Assembly (NCBI GenBank): GCA_018883025.1
Contig: VEQW01000001.1
Location: 1 to 48,385, forward strand
Origin: Solirubrobacterales bacterium
Lineage (GTDB): Bacteria > Actinomycetota > Thermoleophilia > Solirubrobacterales > 70-9
Length of the DNA: 48,385 nt
Direction: 5' to 3'
Notes under the pieces: model-generated
Seen by the model: only the letters and a program-made list of their open reading frames with translations
Told to the model about the DNA's origin: nothing
Database searches by the model: none
Made by a program: the position numbers and the translations under genes
In this document: piece after piece, positions 24,392-33,355 of the stretch
Layout of the letters: every line of letters starts with the position of its first letter
Numbering within the stretch: position 1 is the first letter of the stretch

Positions 24392-25750
24392 ATGAAGGCA
24401 ATGACGCGGGACCTCGGCAGGCTTCTCGCGGCGGGATTGCTCCCGGCTGCGCTGGTGGTGCCTGCCCTACTGCCGGGGGTCTCGGCCGCCAGCCCCGACC
24501 GCCCCCTGCCCAATCCGGATCGACCCGCAGTAACTCCGGTCGCACCGCTCGCCTCGCCTGCTGACCACCGCTCGGTGGCCAGCTCCTGTACGGCGATGCG
24601 CCGGCAGGCAGGCAAGGGTAACTCGGCACCATCGCTGGTCGTGCTGGAACTGGGATCCGGTGAGACCGCCTGTGCGCTCAACCCCGGTCGTGCCCGATCG
24701 CTCGCCTCGAATACCAAGATCCTGACCACGGCGGCGGTGCTCGGCCGGCTCGGACCTTCCTTCCGCGTCCAGACCAGGCTGTTCACCGACGGTACGATCG
24801 ATCCCGAAGGAACGCTCCAGGGCAGCCTCTACCTGAAGGGCGGGGGCGATCCGGCACTCGGAACCGGGCCCTTTCTCGAGAACTACCTCGGTGGGGCGGG
24901 TACCGATATCGATTCGCTCGCCCTCCAGGCGAGGGAGGCCGGGGTGAAACGGGTCACCGGTCGGGTCTACGGCGATGAATCGGTCTTCGACTCGCTGCGG
25001 GGAGTGGCCGACTCCGGTTACGCCACCAGCCCCTGGATCGGTCCGCTCTCGGGTCTCTCGATAAACGCCGGGTTCACCGGGGCCGGGCTCTCCGAGTTCA
25101 GCTCGAACCCGGCCCGCCTGGCCGCGAGGACCCTCGCCAAGCGGCTGAGGAAGCGCGGTGTCTCGGTCACCGACCAGGTAGCGCTCGCCCGGACCCCGAA
25201 CCTCGCGCTCCGGTCGCGGCCGCTCGCGATCGAGGAATCCGAGGACATGGCCTGGTTGGCAGATGTGACCAACCTCTACTCGAACAACTTCTTCGCCGAG
25301 ATGCTCGTCAAGTTGCTGGGCGCCACCAAGGGCAGGGGTGGGAGCACGAAGGCCGGTACACGGGTCGTCAGGGAGTTTGCGGCTTCCCTCGGGGCGGCCG
25401 TGGACCCGGTCGATGGCTCTGGCCTTACGGTGACCAACCGGGCCAGTGCCGAAGCGATCGCCCGACTCCTGGTCAATGCGAGGGAGAAGGACTGGTGGGG
25501 TCCCTTCTACCGCTCGCTGCCGATCGCCGGTCGTGAGGGAACGGTCGCCTACCGGATGCGGGGGACCGCAGCCGAGGGACGCTGCCGGACCAAGACCGGA
25601 ACCCTGACCGGGGTGAGCGCCCTCTCCGGCTACTGCTTCAACCGATCAGGCAGGCGTTTCGCCTTCTCGATCCTGATGAACGGGGTGAGCGATACCTATG
25701 ACGCCCGGGCCGCCCAGGACAAGATCGCGGCCCTGGTCGCCGGGCTCTAA
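24392..25750 (+). CDS. dacB: D-alanyl-D-alanine carboxypeptidase/endopeptidase (PBP4, peptidase S13)
   Basis: Signal peptide MKAMTRDLGRLLAAGLLPAALVVPALLPGVSAA. SxxK motif in LASNTKILTTAAVL, SxN-type motif in VDGSGLT, and KTG motif in CRTKTGTLTGVSALSGY. Confidence 0.85.
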   Translation: MKAMTRDLGRLLAAGLLPAALVVPALLPGVSAASPDRPLPNPDRPAVTPVAPLASPADHRSVASSCTAMRRQAGKGNSAPSLVVLELGSGETACALNPGRARSLASNTKILTTAAVLGRLGPSFRVQTRLFTDGTIDPEGTLQGSLYLKGGGDPALGTGPFLENYLGGAGTDIDSLALQAREAGVKRVTGRVYGDESVFDSLRGVADSGYATSPWIGPLSGLSINAGFTGAGLSEFSSNPARLAARTLAKRLRKRGVSVTDQVALARTPNLALRSRPLAIEESEDMAWLADVTNLYSNNFFAEMLVKLLGATKGRGGSTKAGTRVVREFAASLGAAVDPVDGSGLTVTNRASAEAIARLLVNAREKDWWGPFYRSLPIAGREGTVAYRMRGTAAEGRCRTKTGTLTGVSALSGYCFNRSGRRFAFSILMNGVSDTYDARAAQDKIAALVAGL

Positions 25751-27813
25751 TCCCCCGGGGCCCGATCACCGGCCAGCAACCGATCCAGCCCCTCCCGATC
25801 TAGAACCGGAACGCCGAGCGACTCCGCCTTGGAGAGCTTCGAGCCGGTGTTGTCCCCGGCCACGAGGAAATCAGTCTTTTTCGAGACCGAACCGGTCACC
25901 TTTCCGCCGGCCGCCTTGACCAGGGCCGCTGCCTCGTCCCGGGAGAGGTCCGGCAGGGTGCCCGTCAGGACGACCGTAACCCCTTCGAGCGGGCCGCCTT
26001 CGGCCCGACGCTCCCCCTCCTCGAGGCGCAGCTTCAGGCCGTAGCCCTTCAGCCTCTCGATTATCTCCCAGGTCTTCCCGTCGGCCAGCGACTCATTGAT
26101 CTGCTGTGCCATCACCGGACCGACCCCCTCGGTCCTCTCGACCTCCTCCGGGTCGGCCTCCCTGATCGCATCGATGTCACCGAACTCCTCGGCAAGGGCT
26201 TCCGCGGTGACCGCCCCCACCCCTGGCAGACCGAGGGCAAAGAGGACCCTCGGGAATGGAACCTCCTTCGAGCGTTCGATCTCGGCAACCAGGTTCGAGG
26301 CGGACAGTTCGCCCATTCCGCTCAGTTCGGCGAGTCGGTCCTTCTCGAGGGTGTAGATGTCGGCGACGTCGGCGATCATCCCCTCGTCGAGCAGCCGTTT
26401 GACCTGCTTCTCGCCGAGCCCCTCGATGTCCATCGCCCCCCGGTGGACGAAATGCTTGAGGTGCTGGAAGGCCTGTCCCGGGCAGCCCCTGTGGTTGGGA
26501 CAGATCGTGAATACGGAGTCCTCCGGCTTGACCGTCTCGGTGCCGCAGGCCGGGCAGTTCGCCGGGGGTTTCGGTCTGCGGCGCCCCTTCGGCCGGTCAC
26601 TGGTCACTGCCGAGACGACCTGGGGGATCACGTCACCGGCCCTCAGGACGATCACCTCATCGCCCGCCCGGACGTCCTTTCGGGCCAGATCCTCTTCGTT
26701 GTGGAGGGTCGCAGTCGAGACCGTCACCCCACCGACCCGGACCGGTTCGAGCAGTGCCCAGGGGACGAGGTGGCCGGTCCGACCGACGTTCCAATCGACT
26801 TCCCTCAGCAGAGTGGTCGCAGTCGACGGAGGGAACTTCCAGGCGATCGCCCAGCGCGGTTCCCAGCCGGCCGCGCCGAGGGCCTCCCAGAGCGCCAGCG
26901 AGTCGACCTTGACCACCACCCCGTCGATCTCGAAGTCGAGGTCGTCACGACGGTCCCGCCACCACTCGCACCGCTCGAGAACCTCCTCGATCGTCCCGTT
27001 CCCGGCGATATCCGGGTTGACCGGGAAGCCGGCCGCACGCAGCCACTCGATCTCGTCCGAGTGGCTGTCGAAGGAGATCCCATCGGTCGCTCCGATCCCG
27101 TAGGCCCAGACGGCAAGGGGCCTTTCGGCAGCGATCTTCGGATCGAGCTGCCTGATCGATCCGGCAGCCGCATTCCTCGGGTTGGCGAAGGCGGCTTCCC
27201 CCTCGGTAACCCTTCGCTCGTTCAGCTCGGCAAAGGCCTCGAGGGGTAGGTAGACCTCCCCGCGAACTTCCAGCAGCGGAGGGGCATCGGCGATCTCCTT
27301 CGGCAGCCCGGCGATCGTCTCGATGTTCCTGGTCACGTCCTCGCCGACACGTCCGTCACCGCGAGTCGCCGCCCGGACCAGCCTTCCGTCCTCGTAGGTG
27401 AGCGAGATCGCCAGGCCATCGATCTTCGGTTCGGTGACGTAGCTGATCGGACCGGGGTCGACTCCCTCACGCTCGAGGTGGGTCCGGATCCGTTTCTCCC
27501 AGGCGAGCATCTCCTCGGCCGTCCGGGCATTGGCCAGCGAGAGCATCGGCAGGGCGTGCTCGACCGGCTCGAACCCCTCGCTCGGTGGTGCCCCGACCCT
27601 CTGGGTCGGGGAGTCGCCGGAGATCAGCTCAGGGTTCTCACCTTCGAGTCCGACCAGCTCGACGTAGAGCTCGTCGTACTCCTCGTCGGAGATCTCGGGG
27701 CTGTCCTTCGTGTAGTAGAGGTAGATGTGGTGGTTGAGCTCCTCGCGGAGCGCCGCTATCCGCCGCTCTACCGGTTCGTCACCGTCGGTACCCGCACCCT
27801 CCCCTCTAGCCAA
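25747..27813 (-). CDS. ligA: NAD-dependent DNA ligase
   Basis: Adenylation motif YVTEPKIDGLAISL. Also LEVRGEVY, a Zn-finger CPACGT...CPNHRGCPGQ, HhH repeats and a C-terminal BRCT (VVLTGTLPDLSRDEAAALVKAAGGKVTGSVSKKTDFLVAG). Confidence 0.95.
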   Translation of the reverse strand: MARGEGAGTDGDEPVERRIAALREELNHHIYLYYTKDSPEISDEEYDELYVELVGLEGENPELISGDSPTQRVGAPPSEGFEPVEHALPMLSLANARTAEEMLAWEKRIRTHLEREGVDPGPISYVTEPKIDGLAISLTYEDGRLVRAATRGDGRVGEDVTRNIETIAGLPKEIADAPPLLEVRGEVYLPLEAFAELNERRVTEGEAAFANPRNAAAGSIRQLDPKIAAERPLAVWAYGIGATDGISFDSHSDEIEWLRAAGFPVNPDIAGNGTIEEVLERCEWWRDRRDDLDFEIDGVVVKVDSLALWEALGAAGWEPRWAIAWKFPPSTATTLLREVDWNVGRTGHLVPWALLEPVRVGGVTVSTATLHNEEDLARKDVRAGDEVIVLRAGDVIPQVVSAVTSDRPKGRRRPKPPANCPACGTETVKPEDSVFTICPNHRGCPGQAFQHLKHFVHRGAMDIEGLGEKQVKRLLDEGMIADVADIYTLEKDRLAELSGMGELSASNLVAEIERSKEVPFPRVLFALGLPGVGAVTAEALAEEFGDIDAIREADPEEVERTEGVGPVMAQQINESLADGKTWEIIERLKGYGLKLRLEEGERRAEGGPLEGVTVVLTGTLPDLSRDEAAALVKAAGGKVTGSVSKKTDFLVAGDNTGSKLSKAESLGVPVLDREGLDRLLAGDRAPGD

Positions 27814-28618
27814 GCGAGCCCTCCAGGACCCTTTCGAAATCGCGCTGCCTGAGGCCCTCGATGCTGCCGTGGTGGGTCAGGTCGAGGTGGAGTGGGGTGA
27901 CCGTGAGCCGGGAACGGGCGATCGCCCCGACGTCGGTCCCTGGTTCGTCGTCGAGTCCGGGCTCGTAGCCGTAGATCCGATAGGTCCGCCTGCCGGAACC
28001 GGGATCCGACCCGTCGACGAGTTCGAGTTCGTCGCGGTAGAGGCGTTTTCCCAGCCTGGTCACCTCCACCCCATCCGGCTGGCCCCCGGGCACGTTTATG
28101 TTGAGCAGGGTGCCCTCGGGAAGGGGGTGCTCAGCGAGTTCCTTCACCACTGCGGCCGTGAACCTCGCACCGAGATCGAAGTCGTAGTCCCGGCGCGGGC
28201 CGTAATCCATCTCCATCTCCCTCGACTGCTGCGAGACCGCGATCGCCGGTATGCCGAGTACGACCCCCTCGAAGGCAGCCGCGACCGTTCCCGAGTAGGT
28301 CACGTCGTCCCCAAGGTTGAGGCCGTGGTTTATCCCGGAGACGATCAGGTCGGGACGCTCTCCCAGCAGGCCAACCTCTGCGAACCTGACACAGTCGACC
28401 GGCGTGCCGTCGGTCGCGTGGCCAAGGTCGCCGTCATCGAACTCGACCTCTTCGACGGTCAGCGGTGAGCGGGTGGTGATGCTCCGGGCCGAAGCGCTCC
28501 GGTTGGAGTCGGGGGCGATCAGGTCGACGGTCACGCCGTCCAGCTGCCTCAGCTCACGGCGGAGCGCCTGGATCCCACTGGCGCCGATCCCGTCGTCGTT
28601 GGTTACGAGGATCTTCAC
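27806..28618 (-). CDS. surE: 5'/3'-nucleotidase SurE
   Basis: MKILVTNDDGIGASGIQALRREL... and SGINHGLNLGDDVTYSGTVAAA are SurE signatures. Confidence 0.95.
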   Translation of the reverse strand: MKILVTNDDGIGASGIQALRRELRQLDGVTVDLIAPDSNRSASARSITTRSPLTVEEVEFDDGDLGHATDGTPVDCVRFAEVGLLGERPDLIVSGINHGLNLGDDVTYSGTVAAAFEGVVLGIPAIAVSQQSREMEMDYGPRRDYDFDLGARFTAAVVKELAEHPLPEGTLLNINVPGGQPDGVEVTRLGKRLYRDELELVDGSDPGSGRRTYRIYGYEPGLDDEPGTDVGAIARSRLTVTPLHLDLTHHGSIEGLRQRDFERVLEGSLG

Positions 28619-28649
28619 CGGTCAAGGATATGGCAGCGGACGGCCCGGA

Positions 28650-29414
28650 TCAGTAGCTGACTTCGACCAGGTAGAGGCCCGCAGCCGGGGCCGTCTGGCC
28701 CGCCTCGGCCCGCGGTGCCCCGTCCAGGAGGCGGAGGAAATCCTCCTCTCTGGTCGCACCCGAGGCGACTTCGACCATCGTGCCGACCAGGACCCGGACC
28801 ATGCTCCGCATGAAGGTGTCTCCGGTGATCCAGAACTGGAGCATCCCGGCGTCGGCGTCCCCGCCGCCGGGCCGGCTGAAGGTCGCCTCGTCGATCCAGG
28901 CGGCCGACTCGATCACCCGCTCGAACCTCTGGTGGTAGGTATCGGTCGGCGTGAAGGCGGTGAAGTCGTGTTCACCGACCAGGGCGGCAGCACAGCGGTC
29001 GAGTGCTCCCCGGTCGAGCGGCCCGGATACCCACCAGGCCCGCCCCTCGACGAATGGACTCGGTTCCGGTCGAGCCAGTACCCGGTAGCAGTAGGTCCGG
29101 GAGCGGGCATCGTGCCGGGCGTCGAAGCCGTCCCCGGCCCGCTCGATCGAACGGACCGAGATCGCACGGGAAGTGAGTCCATTCAGGCTCCGAACGGCAT
29201 CCTCGGGGACCTCGCCTTCGAACTCGAAGCTCGCGACCTGGCCCAGCGCATGGACGCCGGCATCGGTCCTCCCGGCGACCGTCAGCGAGACCGGCTCGCC
29301 GAGCAGGGTCTCGAGCGCGGCCTCGAGATCTCCCTGTACCGTCGGCTGCCCCTCCTGGGATGCCCATCCGCGGAACGGGAGGCCGTCGTAGCCAAGGTCG
29401 ATCCGCCAGGTCAC
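28650..29414 (-). CDS. truA: tRNA pseudouridine(38-40) synthase
   Basis: (V)TWRIDLGYDGLPFRGWASQ ... the catalytic Asp lies in VAGRTDAGVHALGQVASF. I place the start at GTG 29414 because the longer tracked ORF (to 29513) would overlap rplQ. Confidence 0.9.
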   Translation of the reverse strand: MTWRIDLGYDGLPFRGWASQEGQPTVQGDLEAALETLLGEPVSLTVAGRTDAGVHALGQVASFEFEGEVPEDAVRSLNGLTSRAISVRSIERAGDGFDARHDARSRTYCYRVLARPEPSPFVEGRAWWVSGPLDRGALDRCAAALVGEHDFTAFTPTDTYHQRFERVIESAAWIDEATFSRPGGGDADAGMLQFWITGDTFMRSMVRVLVGTMVEVASGATREEDFLRLLDGAPRAEAGQTAPAAGLYLVEVSY

Positions 29415-29436
29415 CGCCCGGCCTCCAGACAGCCCC

Positions 29437-29790
29437 TCAGACGAACTCGAGGAAGACCATCTCGGTCGAGTCCGACCGTCGTGGCCCGAGCTTGACGATG
29501 CGGGTGTAGCCACCCTCCCGGTCCGCGTAACGGGGACCGATCTCCTCGAACAGCTTGTGGACCAGGAACTTGTCCTGGCGAAGGGTCGCCAGCGCCTGGC
29601 GGCGGGCGTGGAGGTCGCCCCGCTTTGCGAGCGTAACCAGCTTCTCGACCTCGGGCTTGGCCGCCTTGGCCTTGGCCTGGCTGGTCTTGATCCGCTCGTG
29701 CTGGATCAGCTCCCGCGACAGGTTCATCAGGAGCGATTTGCGGTGGGCCGAGTCGCGACCCAGCTTGTTCCTCTTCTTCGCGTGGCGCAT
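29437..29790 (-). CDS. rplQ: 50S ribosomal protein L17
   Basis: MRHAKKRNKLGRDSAHRKSLLMNLSRELIQHERIKTS. Confidence 0.95.
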   Translation of the reverse strand: MRHAKKRNKLGRDSAHRKSLLMNLSRELIQHERIKTSQAKAKAAKPEVEKLVTLAKRGDLHARRQALATLRQDKFLVHKLFEEIGPRYADREGGYTRIVKLGPRRSDSTEMVFLEFV

Positions 29791-29812
29791 CCGGTCGATC
29801 CCTGCTTCCAGA

Positions 29813-30772
29813 TCAGGCGCCCCGGAGCTGGTAGCCGCGATCCTTCAGGGTGTCGATAACTTCCTCGATCGACTTCTGCCCGAAGTTCGGGATCGCCTGG
29901 AGCTCGGACTCCGACTTGGTGACCAGCTGGCCGATCGTCTCGACCCCGGCCCGCTTGAGGCAGTTGTAGGAGCGGACACTCAGCTCCAGCTCGTCGATCA
30001 GGATGTCGCCATCGGGGCCGGCGTCGATCGCTACGTCGGCCTCGACCGCCTCGATCACCGGCTCCTTCGCGGTCAGCTCCTCGACCCGATCCGGGTCGGT
30101 GAAGATCGCCAGGGTCTTGATCAGGATTTCGGAGGCTTCCCTCAGGGCAGTGTTCGGCTCGATCGAGCCGTCGGTCTCGAGATCGAGGGTCAGCTTGTCG
30201 AAGTCGGTCCGCTGACCGACCCGGGCTGCCTCGACCGTGTACGAGACCCGCCGGATCGGGGAGAAGATCGAGTCGACCGGGATGACGCCGATCGGCTGGT
30301 CCTCGTCCTTGTTCTCCTCGGCCGGCCGGTAGCCGCGACCCCTCCCGATCGTCAGGTACATCTCGAGCTTGACCTTCTTCTCGAGGGTCGCGATCGGGGC
30401 CTTCGGGTTGAGGATCTCGACCCCCGCAGGAAGGTCGATGTCGCCGGCGGTCACGTCGCCGGGTCCGGTCACCACCAGCGGTGCCTCGACCGAGTCGGCG
30501 TCGGTATGCATCCGGATCACCAGGTCCTTGAGGTTCAGGACGATGTCGGTGACGTCCTCCTTGACCCCGGGGATGTTCGAGAACTCGTGGGAGATCCCCT
30601 CGATCCGTACCGAGGTGACCGCGGCGCCGGCAAGGGAGGAGAGCAGGACGCGACGAAGGCTCGAGCCGTAGGTGTAGCCGAAGCCCTTGTCGAGGGGCTC
30701 GATCGCGAACGAACCCTTCGTATCGTCGATCGTCTCTGCAGTGATCTTGGGAACCTGGAAGTCGGTGCTCAT
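29813..30772 (-). CDS. rpoA: DNA-directed RNA polymerase alpha subunit
   Basis: ...IEPLDKGFGYTYGSSLRRVLLSSLAGAAVTSVRIEGISHEFSNIPGVKEDV... and the C-terminal domain LELSVRSYNCLKRAGVETIGQL. Confidence 0.95.
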   Translation of the reverse strand: MSTDFQVPKITAETIDDTKGSFAIEPLDKGFGYTYGSSLRRVLLSSLAGAAVTSVRIEGISHEFSNIPGVKEDVTDIVLNLKDLVIRMHTDADSVEAPLVVTGPGDVTAGDIDLPAGVEILNPKAPIATLEKKVKLEMYLTIGRGRGYRPAEENKDEDQPIGVIPVDSIFSPIRRVSYTVEAARVGQRTDFDKLTLDLETDGSIEPNTALREASEILIKTLAIFTDPDRVEELTAKEPVIEAVEADVAIDAGPDGDILIDELELSVRSYNCLKRAGVETIGQLVTKSESELQAIPNFGQKSIEEVIDTLKDRGYQLRGA

Positions 30773-30850
30773 CTCTGGGTCTTGATCCTTCGTCTTTCTT
30801 TGTCAGGGTGGGCCTGTCGGCCCCTCTCGGTTAAGTCTTGGTTACTGGCC

Positions 30851-31249
30851 CTAGACGCGACGCCGCTTGCGCGGCCGACAGCCGTTGTGGGCCTGTGGGG
30901 TTACGTCCCGAACGCCGGTCACCTCGAGCCCGGCCGCCTGAAGCGACTTGACTGCGGTGTCCCTGCCCGAGCCGGCGCCCTTGGCGAAAACCTCGACCTT
31001 CTGGAGGCCGTGCTCCATGCCCTTGCGGGCCGCCGCATCGGCCGTGACCTGGGCGGCGAACGGGGTGGACTTCCTCGATCCCTTGAAGCCGGCGCTCCCG
31101 GCAGACTCCCAGGCGATCACATTGCCCTCCAGATCGGTCAGGGTGACGATCGTGTTGTTGAAGGAGCTCTTGATGTGTGCCTGGCCGATCGCGACGTTCT
31201 TCTTCGCACGGCGCCTGCCCTTGGGCTTCTGTGGTTTCTCGTCTGCCAT
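30851..31249 (-). CDS. rpsK: 30S ribosomal protein S11
   Basis: ...[46 protein letters not shown]... Confidence 0.95.
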   Translation of the reverse strand: MADEKPQKPKGRRRAKKNVAIGQAHIKSSFNNTIVTLTDLEGNVIAWESAGSAGFKGSRKSTPFAAQVTADAAARKGMEHGLQKVEVFAKGAGSGRDTAVKSLQAAGLEVTGVRDVTPQAHNGCRPRKRRRV

Positions 31250-31281
31250 TCGCTCGATTCCTCCGGCTGCTCACGACCGCC

Positions 31282-31665
31282 CTACTTGGGGGCCGGCGCC
31301 TTCTTCCTGCCGGTGACGGTGGTCTTCTTCGGACCCTTCCGTGCCCGGGCGTTGGTCTTGGTCCGCTGACCACGAACAGGCAGGCCCCGACGGTGCCTGA
31401 GCCCGCGGTAGGAACCGATCTCCATCAGCCTCTTGACGTTCTGGGAACGATCGCGTCGGAGGTCCCCTTCGACCTCGAGTGCCTCGATCGCGTCCCTCAG
31501 CTTGATCTCCTCCTGCTCGGTCAGGTCCTTGATCTGCGTTTCGCGCGAGATTCCCGCGTCGTCGAGCAGCTTTCCGGCAGTCGTTCGGCCGATCCCGTAG
31601 ATGTAGGTCAGGCCTACCTCGGCCCGCTTGTTCGGGGGGAGGTTCACCCCTGCGATTCGTGCCAT
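31282..31665 (-). CDS. rpsM: 30S ribosomal protein S13
   Basis: [34 protein letters not shown]...[26 protein letters not shown]. Confidence 0.95.
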   Translation of the reverse strand: MARIAGVNLPPNKRAEVGLTYIYGIGRTTAGKLLDDAGISRETQIKDLTEQEEIKLRDAIEALEVEGDLRRDRSQNVKRLMEIGSYRGLRHRRGLPVRGQRTKTNARARKGPKKTTVTGRKKAPAPK

Positions 31666-31669
31666 CCGA

Positions 31670-31783
31670 CTAGCCCTGCCTCTGCTTGTGGCGCGGGTTT
31701 TCGCAGATCACCATCACCCGTCCGCGACGACGGATGATCTTGCACTTCTCGCAAATCGGTTTTACCGAGGCCCGGACCTTCAA
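31670..31783 (-). CDS. rpmJ: 50S ribosomal protein L36 (Zn-binding form), TTG start
   Basis: The last 37 codons of tracked ORF 31670..32257 read (L->fM)[39 protein letters not shown] lies at 31781-31783 with AAAGGA ~10 nt upstream. The rest of that ORF overlaps map out of frame. Confidence 0.9.
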   Translation of the reverse strand: MKVRASVKPICEKCKIIRRRGRVMVICENPRHKQRQG

Positions 31784-31895
31784 CGATCCACAATCCTTTT
31801 GGAGAGATCTCCCGAGAGTCCCATTAGTCGGACTTCGGGCGCGAAGAACTGCCCCTGAGGGCGACCGGAAACAATAGCACGCAGGCCGAAAACGC

Positions 31896-32651
31896 TCACT
31901 CTTCGTCCCAGGGCGTGAGGATCCTCGGTCCCTCTTCGGTGGCGGCAACCGTGTACTCGAAGTGGGCAGCCATCGAGCCGTCCTCCGAGAAGACCGACCA
32001 ACCATCGTCGGCGATGTAGACGCCGGGGCCGCCTTCGTTGACCATCGGCTCGATCGCAAAGACCATCCCGGGTTCGATCTCCGGGCCCTTCCCGGCCGGC
32101 CCGTAGTTAGGGATCTGTGGTTCCTCGTGCATCGAGCGACCGATCCCGTGACCGACCAACGACTTGATGATCGAGAAGCCGGCCGACTCGACCGTGGTCT
32201 GTACCTGGTTCGAAATGTCACCGACGTGGTTCCCGGGCTCGACCCTTCCGACCGCATCGCGGAGCGCCTGATGGGTCACCTCGAGCAGACGCGCCGTCTC
32301 CGGCTCGACCTCCCCCACCGGGGCCGTGAAGGCACCGTCGGCGATCCACCCGTCAAGCGTCACCCCGACGTCGATCGAGATCACGTCGCCCTCCTTGAGT
32401 TCGTAGGGACCGGGGATACCGTGGACGACCAGGGAGTTTGGCGAGGTGCAGATCGAGGCGGGGAAGCCCCGGTACCCCTTGAAGGTCGGCACTCCCCCTC
32501 CCGAGACGATGAACCGCTCGGCCGCTTCGTCCAGCTCGGCCGTGGTCACTCCCGGGGCGATCTTCGACCGAAGCATCGCGATGCAGCGCGCGTGGAGGTC
32601 GCCGGCCGCGGCCATCTCCTCGATCTGCTCCTCCGTCTTGCGGATGATCAT
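31896..32651 (-). CDS. map: Type I methionine aminopeptidase
   Basis: ...[33 protein letters not shown]...[18 protein letters not shown]...[10 protein letters not shown]... Confidence 0.95.
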   Translation of the reverse strand: MIIRKTEEQIEEMAAAGDLHARCIAMLRSKIAPGVTTAELDEAAERFIVSGGGVPTFKGYRGFPASICTSPNSLVVHGIPGPYELKEGDVISIDVGVTLDGWIADGAFTAPVGEVEPETARLLEVTHQALRDAVGRVEPGNHVGDISNQVQTTVESAGFSIIKSLVGHGIGRSMHEEPQIPNYGPAGKGPEIEPGMVFAIEPMVNEGGPGVYIADDGWSVFSEDGSMAAHFEYTVAATEEGPRILTPWDEE

Positions 32652-32679
32652 CGACTGGTGCCGGCCCGGCCGGTCGGCC

Positions 32680-33354
32680 CTAGTTGTCCTCTTCGAGGCT
32701 CAAGGTCGCCACGAGGGCCCGAATCGACTCGGCGACCTCGTCGGGTGCGCGAGCGCCGTCGACCCGATCGAGCAATGCCTGCTTCTCGTAGAAGTCGACC
32801 AGGGGGGCGGTCTTCTCGTGGTACTGGACGAGCCGATTTCGGATCGTTTCGGGCGCGTCGTCATCCCGGGTCACCAGTTCGGAGCCATCGATGTCACAGA
32901 TGCCTTCCTTCTCGGGCGGGTTGAAGTCGACGTGGTAGACGTGGTCGGCCTCGGTACAGACCCGTCGCCCCCCGAGCCTGCGAACGATCTCCTCGTCGGG
33001 CACGTCGATCAGGATCACTGCGCCGATCTGGAGGGAGATCTCATCGAGCTTCTCTTCCAGGGCCTCCGCCTGGGGCAGGGTCCTCGGGAAGCCGTCGAGG
33101 ATGAACCCGTGAGCGGCCTCCGGCGAGGCGATCCGCTCGGCGATCACACCGATGATCACCTCATCCGGAACGAGGTCGCCCCGATCCATGTACTCCTTTG
33201 CCTCGAGTCCGATCGCGGTCCCCTCCCGAACGGCGGCCCGGAGGATGTCGCCGGTCGCGTAGTAGGGGAGTTCGAGGTCTTCCTGCAGACGCTCGCCCTG
33301 GGTCCCCTTGCCGGAACCCGGGGGGCCGAGCAGGATGAGGTTCAGGTGGGCCAA
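32680..33354 (-). CDS. adk: Adenylate kinase
   Basis: P-loop LILLGPPGSGKGTQGERL. Lid segment GRRVCTEADHVYHVDFNPPEKEGICDIDGSELVTRDDD. Confidence 0.95.
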   Translation of the reverse strand: MAHLNLILLGPPGSGKGTQGERLQEDLELPYYATGDILRAAVREGTAIGLEAKEYMDRGDLVPDEVIIGVIAERIASPEAAHGFILDGFPRTLPQAEALEEKLDEISLQIGAVILIDVPDEEIVRRLGGRRVCTEADHVYHVDFNPPEKEGICDIDGSELVTRDDDAPETIRNRLVQYHEKTAPLVDFYEKQALLDRVDGARAPDEVAESIRALVATLSLEEDN

Positions 33355-33355
33355 G

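Noticed and set aside
24229-24786. 186-codon N-terminal extension of the second patatin ORF
   Set aside because: The sequence is Ser/Arg/Pro/Ala-rich and overlaps the dacB coding region. An ATG at 24228 sits just before the patatin GGGG motif.
31780-32001. 73-aa minus-strand ORF of the right size and position to be infA
   Set aside because: The sequence ([24 protein letters not shown]...) has no similarity to the IF-1 S1-fold, and most of it overlaps the map C-terminus.
31784-32257. Upstream 158 codons of tracked ORF 31670..32257
   Set aside because: Only the last 37 codons encode L36. The remainder overlaps map in another frame and has shadow-ORF composition.
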